64,000 bases of DNA from Tepidisphaera sp. (GTDB lineage Bacteria > Planctomycetota > Phycisphaerae > Phycisphaerales > UBA1924), in NCBI GenBank assembly GCA_050916045.1, contig CP051526.1:992001-1056000 (forward strand), read 5' to 3'. The notes beneath the pieces are model-generated. The model ran no database searches. It had not been told where the DNA came from and was given only the letters and a program-made list of their open reading frames with translations. Shown here in pieces: positions 58,466 through 64,000 of this stretch. Position 1 is the first letter of the stretch. Every line of letters begins with the position of its first letter. The translations under genes and the position numbers were made by a program.

Positions 58466-59401
58466 ATGCCCAAGAACCCCGCCGCGTCAAAGCCCGCTCC
58501 CAGCACCCCGGCCGTCGCGACCGACCCCGGCACGCGTGCCGAGGAGATCTTCCTCACTCCGCGGGTGCTCGATCAGGGTGCCTTCGAGGGGATGACCGGT
58601 GAGCTCAAGGTCCTGATCCGCGACGCGGATGGCCAGCGACAGACGCTCCAGCGGACCTCCGAAGAAGTCAAAGGACTTTCCACGATCCTTCGCACCGCGC
58701 TCACGGAACTGCAGACCCGCCTCGACCGCGCGGGCAAGGTCACGCCCGTCCTCGAGCAGTGGCTGACCGAAGCACGCGAGCTGGCGGGCAAGCCCATCGA
58801 CACGTCTCGGGCCACACGCGACCTTGAGCGCGCGATCACGGGCATCGTCGAGAGCCGCAAAGCCGAGTTTGAGCACGCCGTCGCGCCCACAATCGAAATG
58901 CTCCGCCAGCTCCGCAAGGAGACCGAGCGCACCAAAGCGGGGATCGACGGCGTTCTGGCCGGCGCCGAAGCCAAGGTCGCCGCGCTCGAAGAGCGTGCGC
59001 ACGAAGCGGTCCGTCTGTTGAACGACCGCGCCGTCGAACTTGAGCGGGCCTCCGCCGAACGCTTCGCCGCGGCCGAGGACCGCCTCGCCGAGATCGAGCG
59101 CCGCGCCGCAGGCTTGCAGCACCGCATGAACAGCGTCGTCGCCCAGGCCGATGAAGCCGGCCGCCGGTTCGACACCCGCGGGCCCGCGCAGTCCGCCGAG
59201 ACGATCTACGCCACGATCGAAGCCGCTTTGGAAGGCTCGCGCCGCGTGGAAGAGATCACCCGCATCCGCCTCGCCGAACTGCGCGAGGTTGAGAACCTCC
59301 TGGGCACGGTCGGCGGGCGCGTGGCTTCGCTTCGCGCCGCCGCGATGCAGATCCCCGAAGTCAAGCCCAAGGGCAAGCAGCGTGACCGAGACGCCGCGTG
59401 A
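58466..59401 (+). CDS. Hypothetical long coiled-coil protein
   Basis: E/R/A/L-rich heptad pattern through most of its length; N-terminal FLTPRVLD. Confidence 0.7.
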   Translation: MPKNPAASKPAPSTPAVATDPGTRAEEIFLTPRVLDQGAFEGMTGELKVLIRDADGQRQTLQRTSEEVKGLSTILRTALTELQTRLDRAGKVTPVLEQWLTEARELAGKPIDTSRATRDLERAITGIVESRKAEFEHAVAPTIEMLRQLRKETERTKAGIDGVLAGAEAKVAALEERAHEAVRLLNDRAVELERASAERFAAAEDRLAEIERRAAGLQHRMNSVVAQADEAGRRFDTRGPAQSAETIYATIEAALEGSRRVEEITRIRLAELREVENLLGTVGGRVASLRAAAMQIPEVKPKGKQRDRDAA

Positions 59402-59419
59402 TCCGGGTGAGTTCGGGAC

Positions 59420-62400
59420 TCACGGCTTGATCGCGGGCGAAGCTCCCATGCCCGGGCCCATCACCACGGCGTTCATGAAGAGGCGCGTCGTGCCCCGGGC
59501 CGCCGAACGGAATGTCGGGTTGCCGGAGAAGAGGATCACCTGACCCGCGCCCACGCGTTCCTGCGTGCAGTACGCGCTGTGCGCGAGGCGGTCGGCCGCT
59601 TCGGGCCAGAGCAAACCCGACATCCGAAGCCGGAGCTCGTATCCGGGCGGCGCGAGCAGCCAGCCGGGCTTGGGTTCTTCCTTCTTTGCGTCCTTCTTGT
59701 CCTCGTCCTTCTTGTCCTGCTTCTTCTCTTCGCCGGCGTTCTTGCCGTCCTTGGCGGGCTCGGGCTTGGGTTCCGGCGGTTTGGTCGAGGGGACGAACGC
59801 TCCGAGAAGCACCGGCGCGTTGCCCCCGTGCGGCGCGAGCAGCACGGGGCCCTGTCCGACGAGCACCGGGAGCGTCTCGCCGCACCCGGAGGTCAGCCAG
59901 TGGCGATCGTCGGTGCGGGAAGCGAGGAACGCCCCCTGCGGCATGAAGAGCGAACGCCACTGGTCGCGCCGCTTGGCCTCATCCTCATCGACCTTCTCGG
60001 CTTCACCCAGCTCCCACGGGTACTCAAGCTTCTCCGGCGGGTTGTACGACCAGACGGCATCGGGCTCGACCACCGCGGTCTTGCCGAGCCAGTCGCGCAC
60101 GACCGCGGCCCGGTACGCATCGAGCTTGGTGAGCACATCCGGGAGCAAGCGGACGGAGCCGATGCCGTCTTTTTCCTTGGCGAAGGGAGCGGCGGAGTCG
60201 CCGATGGCGATCACGGTGCCGCCGCTTTCGACCCACGAGCGGATCGCGGGGAGGTGCTCGGTCCACGAGGACCCGCCGTCGGGGATCACAAGGACGTTGT
60301 ACCGCCGCAGGTCCGACCCGCCGAGGTCGTCGGCGTCGATGTACGAGGCTCGCACACCCATCTCGTGGTCGAGCAGGTGCCAGATTTCGCCGTACGAGTA
60401 CGGGCTCATCGGGGCGCGGGCGAGGACGGCGACGCGCGGCGGCTCGAGAAGCACGAAGTGCTGGCCGCCAAGGTCCGGCAGGTCCCCGGGGCCCATCCCG
60501 CCCCCGACCGGCTCGGCGATCACGCCGAAGGACGCCGCGGTCTCGCGGATAAGCGTGTCCCAGCCCGCGACGTCGCGGTTGTCGATGCGGGTCATGAAGA
60601 ACGAGCCGCGTTCGTGTTTGCTCCCAAGCACCGTCGGCTTGTCGCTCGCCCGGATCTTGACGCCAAGCTCAAGCAGTCGGGCCGCGGCCGCGACCGAGCG
60701 GTCATCCGCCGCGCTGAGCACCATCGCGACGGGGTTCTGCACCGGCGCGGCGGCCCGGGCGGGCGCGACCAGATCGTCCCACTTCGCCGGCGCGGCCGAT
60801 GCGGGCAGCGCCCCGCGCACCTCGAAGACGTCCATCCCGAAGAACATCCCCACGTTCCAGCCCGTGATGTCGTACAGCCGCGACTGCCCGAACCGGAGCA
60901 ACTCGCGGCGCTCCTCGATCAGGAACTCCTTGGGCATCCTGGGGTCAAGCTCAAATAGCGCCGCCGCGAGCCGTCCCAGCGGCTGGTTCGCGGAGATCAC
61001 CACCGTGCCGGCCGCGAACTCGCGGTCCTTGAACTCCCGCCCCAGCGGGTCCTTGCCGCTTGTCTTGAACTTCTCCGCCGTGCGGAGAACTTCGATCCCC
61101 TGAAGCTCCAGGTTGTCGATGAGCTTCTGCCAGCGGCCGACGTTCCCTGCGGGAGCTTCGAGGATGAAGTGCCGCGTCGCGACGCCGCCGGCTTCGGGGT
61201 CGCCCCCGCCCGCGATGACCTTGCGGCGGTCCTCGACGAAATCCTTCAGGATGACCTCGCGGTGCTTGCTCGCGGTCGCGAGGTTGGCGAGGGAGCTGAC
61301 AAGCTGCTTGTGCACGCCCTCGCGGTAGGCTTCGATGGTGCCCTCGGGGCGGCGGACGCCGTCGGAGATGAGGCGGGCCTGCTCGTAGAGGTTGTCGATC
61401 GCGCCGCGGAGGGCGGCCCATGAGCCCGAGTACCCGGGGTACCACTCTTCGTTCCATTCGCCGGTGTAGTACCGCCAGCCGAAAGCGTCGAAGGCCTTGC
61501 CCTGGTCATCGCCGAAGATCGCGGACCATTTCTTGATGTGGTCGCCGATGTTGGGGTTGATGGGGGCCCGGGGGGGCATGAAGAGGAAGGTGTCCAGGGG
61601 CGACTGTTCGTGGCTTTCGACGAAGTAGTGGGCGTTCCACTCGCCGAAGGCCTTGACGCGGCCGCGGCTTTCGGGCTGCGTGGCGAACATCCAGTCGCGG
61701 TTGAGGTCAAAGAGGTAGTGGTTCATGCGTCCGCCGGGCCACGGCTGCGCATGGAAGATCGACTGGTCATCCACGTTGGGCTGCCGCGTGCGCGACTGGG
61801 CGACGGAGGTGATGCAGCGCTCGCGGCCGTCGGGGTTCATGAGGGGGTCGAAGATGATCACCATCTTGTCGAGCATCGCCGTGACCGCGGGGTCGGTGCA
61901 GGAAGCCAGGTGCCACGCGAGGGGCATCGCGGCGTCGGTGCCGGACATCTCATCGCCGTGGATGACGTACGCGAGGACGACGATGATGGGGAGGTCGCGG
62001 GCGAGGGCATCGGCCTCGGCGGCGGGGATGGCGCGGGGGTCGGCGAGCTTGGCGGCGGCGGCCTTGATCTCATCCAAGCGGGCGATGTTGGCGGGGCTGC
62101 TGATGGCGAGGTAGGAGAGGGTGCGGCCCTCGTGGCTTGTGGCGTAGTCGAAGAGCTTCACACGCTGGCCGGTCTTCGCCGGGCTGGCGGCGAGGGCTTT
62201 GAGGATGGCCTGCACCTGCGCGTAGGTCATCGGCTTGTCGCCGGCGCGGAAGCCCAGGATGCTGTCGGGCGTGGGGACGGCGGGGTCGTGGGTTGCGCCG
62301 GGGAAGAACTCGGCGTTGTACTCGAGGCCCTTGAGCTGGACGGGGGGCGGGGAAGCGGGCGGAGTTGCCGGCTGGGTTGTCGGTTGGGCGAAGGCGGATC

Positions 62401-62446
62401 CGGCGAGAATGGCGAGCGTGAGAGCGTGCGAGAGCGAGAAGCGCAT
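59420..62446 (-). CDS. Secreted M14 zinc carboxypeptidase-like protein with C-terminal GATase-like domain
   Basis: Signal peptide; IHGDEMSG, NPDGR, NHYLFDLNRDW, ESHEQ; YNVLVIPDG. Confidence 0.88.
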   Translation of the reverse strand: MRFSLSHALTLAILAGSAFAQPTTQPATPPASPPPVQLKGLEYNAEFFPGATHDPAVPTPDSILGFRAGDKPMTYAQVQAILKALAASPAKTGQRVKLFDYATSHEGRTLSYLAISSPANIARLDEIKAAAAKLADPRAIPAAEADALARDLPIIVVLAYVIHGDEMSGTDAAMPLAWHLASCTDPAVTAMLDKMVIIFDPLMNPDGRERCITSVAQSRTRQPNVDDQSIFHAQPWPGGRMNHYLFDLNRDWMFATQPESRGRVKAFGEWNAHYFVESHEQSPLDTFLFMPPRAPINPNIGDHIKKWSAIFGDDQGKAFDAFGWRYYTGEWNEEWYPGYSGSWAALRGAIDNLYEQARLISDGVRRPEGTIEAYREGVHKQLVSSLANLATASKHREVILKDFVEDRRKVIAGGGDPEAGGVATRHFILEAPAGNVGRWQKLIDNLELQGIEVLRTAEKFKTSGKDPLGREFKDREFAAGTVVISANQPLGRLAAALFELDPRMPKEFLIEERRELLRFGQSRLYDITGWNVGMFFGMDVFEVRGALPASAAPAKWDDLVAPARAAAPVQNPVAMVLSAADDRSVAAAARLLELGVKIRASDKPTVLGSKHERGSFFMTRIDNRDVAGWDTLIRETAASFGVIAEPVGGGMGPGDLPDLGGQHFVLLEPPRVAVLARAPMSPYSYGEIWHLLDHEMGVRASYIDADDLGGSDLRRYNVLVIPDGGSSWTEHLPAIRSWVESGGTVIAIGDSAAPFAKEKDGIGSVRLLPDVLTKLDAYRAAVVRDWLGKTAVVEPDAVWSYNPPEKLEYPWELGEAEKVDEDEAKRRDQWRSLFMPQGAFLASRTDDRHWLTSGCGETLPVLVGQGPVLLAPHGGNAPVLLGAFVPSTKPPEPKPEPAKDGKNAGEEKKQDKKDEDKKDAKKEEPKPGWLLAPPGYELRLRMSGLLWPEAADRLAHSAYCTQERVGAGQVILFSGNPTFRSAARGTTRLFMNAVVMGPGMGASPAIKP

Positions 62447-62522
62447 GCGAGAAGCTCCGAGATGTCCGGCTCGCGAAGCGGCCGGTACAATCGGGCCCAT
62501 CATACCTGTTCCGGAGTTCCGC

Positions 62523-63743
62523 ATGTCCACCACCCCGACGGTCTTTGACGCTCGCACCGACACGCTTTTCGCCCAGCTCCGCGAGCAGAAGGTGTGGAAG
62601 AGCCTCCAGATGCTCGAATCCCCGATGGGCCCCACGGTCAAGATTCGGGGCAAGGGTGAGTGCCTGTGCTTCTGCAGCAACAACTACCTCGGCCTTGCGA
62701 ACCATCCCGAGGTGGTCGAAGCGGGGATCAAGGGCCTCCGCGACTGGGGCGCGGGCACCGCGAGCGTGCGGTTCATCTGCGGCACCTTCTCCCCGCACGA
62801 GCAGCTCGAAGCCTCGATCGCGACCATGATGGGCACCGAGTCGTCGTACACGTTCGTCTCCGCGTGGACCGCGAACGAAGCCGTCTTCCCCACGCTCTGC
62901 GAGCCGGGGGACACGATCATCTCCGATGAACTCAACCACGCGTGCATCATCGACAGCATCCGCCTGGCGACGGTGATCAAGAAGGGCCTGAACAAGTCCG
63001 TCTACAAGAACAACAAGCTCACCGGCGAGCACAGCCTGGAGCAGCGGCTGAAGGAAGCCCACGCTTCCGCCCCGTCAGGACAAATCTGGGTGGTCACCGA
63101 CGGCGTCTTCAGCATGGAGGGCTCGATCGCGGATCTGCCGACGATGCGGAAGATGTGCGACCAGTACGGGGCGATCCTCGTCGTGGATGACAGCCACGGG
63201 CACGGCGTGATGGGGAAGACGGGCCGCGGCACGCACGAGCACTTCGGGATGATGGGTGGGAACGCCGGCCGCGTCGACATCTTTACCGGCACGCTCGGCA
63301 AGGCGCTGGGCGGCGGGGCGGGCGGGTTTGTGGCGGCGGACAAGCGGGTGACGGAGCTTCTGATCCAGCGCGGGCGGCCGACGCTCTTCTCCAACGCTTT
63401 GCCGGTCACGGTCGCGTGCTCGGCGAACAAAGCCATCGAGATCATGATCCGCGAGCCCGAGCGGGTGCAGCGCCTGCGGGACAACGTCGCGTACGCCCGG
63501 CAGAAGATCAAGGCCGCCGGGTTTGATGTCCTTGAGAGCCCGACGGCGATCTGCCCGGTGATCGTGGGCGAGACGGCCAAGGCGATCGACATGAGCCGCC
63601 GCCTGCTTGAGCTTGGCGTCTTTGTGATCGGCTTTGGCTACCCCGTCGTCGCCGAAGGCCACGCGCGCCTGCGGTGCCAGATCTCCGCCGCGCACACGCG
63701 CGAGCACATCGACACGCTGGTGGCGGCGCTGAAGAAGCTGTGA
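62523..63743 (+). CDS. kbl: Glycine C-acetyltransferase (2-amino-3-ketobutyrate CoA ligase)
   Basis: CSNNYLGL, ASVRFICGT, SDELNHACIID, DGVFSMEG, DDSHG, TGTLGKALGG, ARLRCQISA. Confidence 0.88.
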   Translation: MSTTPTVFDARTDTLFAQLREQKVWKSLQMLESPMGPTVKIRGKGECLCFCSNNYLGLANHPEVVEAGIKGLRDWGAGTASVRFICGTFSPHEQLEASIATMMGTESSYTFVSAWTANEAVFPTLCEPGDTIISDELNHACIIDSIRLATVIKKGLNKSVYKNNKLTGEHSLEQRLKEAHASAPSGQIWVVTDGVFSMEGSIADLPTMRKMCDQYGAILVVDDSHGHGVMGKTGRGTHEHFGMMGGNAGRVDIFTGTLGKALGGGAGGFVAADKRVTELLIQRGRPTLFSNALPVTVACSANKAIEIMIREPERVQRLRDNVAYARQKIKAAGFDVLESPTAICPVIVGETAKAIDMSRRLLELGVFVIGFGYPVVAEGHARLRCQISAAHTREHIDTLVAALKKL

Positions 63744-63748
63744 TTCAC

Positions 63749-63771
63749 CACAGAGGCGCAGAGGCACAGAG
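63749..63771 (+). repeat. 8-bp tandem micro-array x3 (CACAGAGG CGCAGAGG CACAGAG)
   Basis: Read directly, 5 nt after the kbl stop codon. Confidence 0.65.
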
Positions 63772-63800
63772 TTCGGAGCTTCCGTTTCGGCGGGCCTTGG

Positions 63801-63998
63801 CTATTCGATGTCCCACCGCACGCGTTGGTCCATCTCTTCCGTGGCGTGGAAGCGCTCGATGAGGTCGATGAGGGTCGCGCGGGGGATGAGATACGAGCGT
63901 GGGACCGTGTTGGCGAGCCCGTCGTCCGTCACGAAAGTCTCCACGCCCTTCGCCTGCGGGTCGCCGCGGGTCGACATCGCGGGATGGGCTTGGCTTTG
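63801..63998 (-). CDS. Imm1-like immunity protein, C-terminal part (5' truncated by window edge)
   Basis: Hand translation: ...STRGDPQAKGVETFVTDDGLANTVPRSYLIPRATLIDLIERFHATEEMDQRVRWDIE*; not in the supplied ORF track. Confidence 0.5.
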   Translation of the reverse strand, partial: QSQAHPAMSTRGDPQAKGVETFVTDDGLANTVPRSYLIPRATLIDLIERFHATEEMDQRVRWDIE

Positions 63999-64000
63999 CG

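Noticed and set aside
1..64000. tRNA, rRNA, integrase, transposase, reverse transcriptase or prophage genes
   Set aside because: No such motifs were recognised in any ORF or intergenic region.

Overview
High-GC bacterial chromosomal segment, most likely a planctomycete of the class Phycisphaerae. This is inferred from two secreted proteins ending in a 'GC-type' dockerin-like tail, a VPTPG variant of PEP-CTERM and several CxxC[G/D]Y...CxECG zinc-ribbon membrane proteins. About 52 genes can be called. Housekeeping genes include holB, thyX, a Dus, glyA, an EF-G paralog, gltX, serC, guaB, sucA/sucB, an RluB-like enzyme and kbl. The rest are secreted or envelope proteins: fasciclin, matrixin-PKD, a secretin plus TPR lipoprotein, VIT-VWA, an M14 peptidase and a SASA-DUF1080 fusion. 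I saw no rRNA, tRNA, CRISPR array, integrase or transposase. The most unusual locus is 6.56-9.15 kb. There, a visibly AT-richer two-gene cargo (2-TM/coiled-coil protein and an RNxxxH HEPN-like protein) and a degenerate 21-bp tandem array sit between two inward-facing GTRG-hairpin REP-like elements. These are followed by a 7-bp micro-array and a helical/FN3-like gene. Other notable items are a tightly coupled DoxX-DinB-NRDE-ATP-grasp operon of unknown function, a GluRS with an XRE/Cro-like HTH insertion after KMSKR, a degenerate RluB-like enzyme, an EF-G paralog lacking the catalytic His, an orphan WXG100 gene and a partial Imm1-like gene. All family assignments come from motif recognition by eye; no searches were run.
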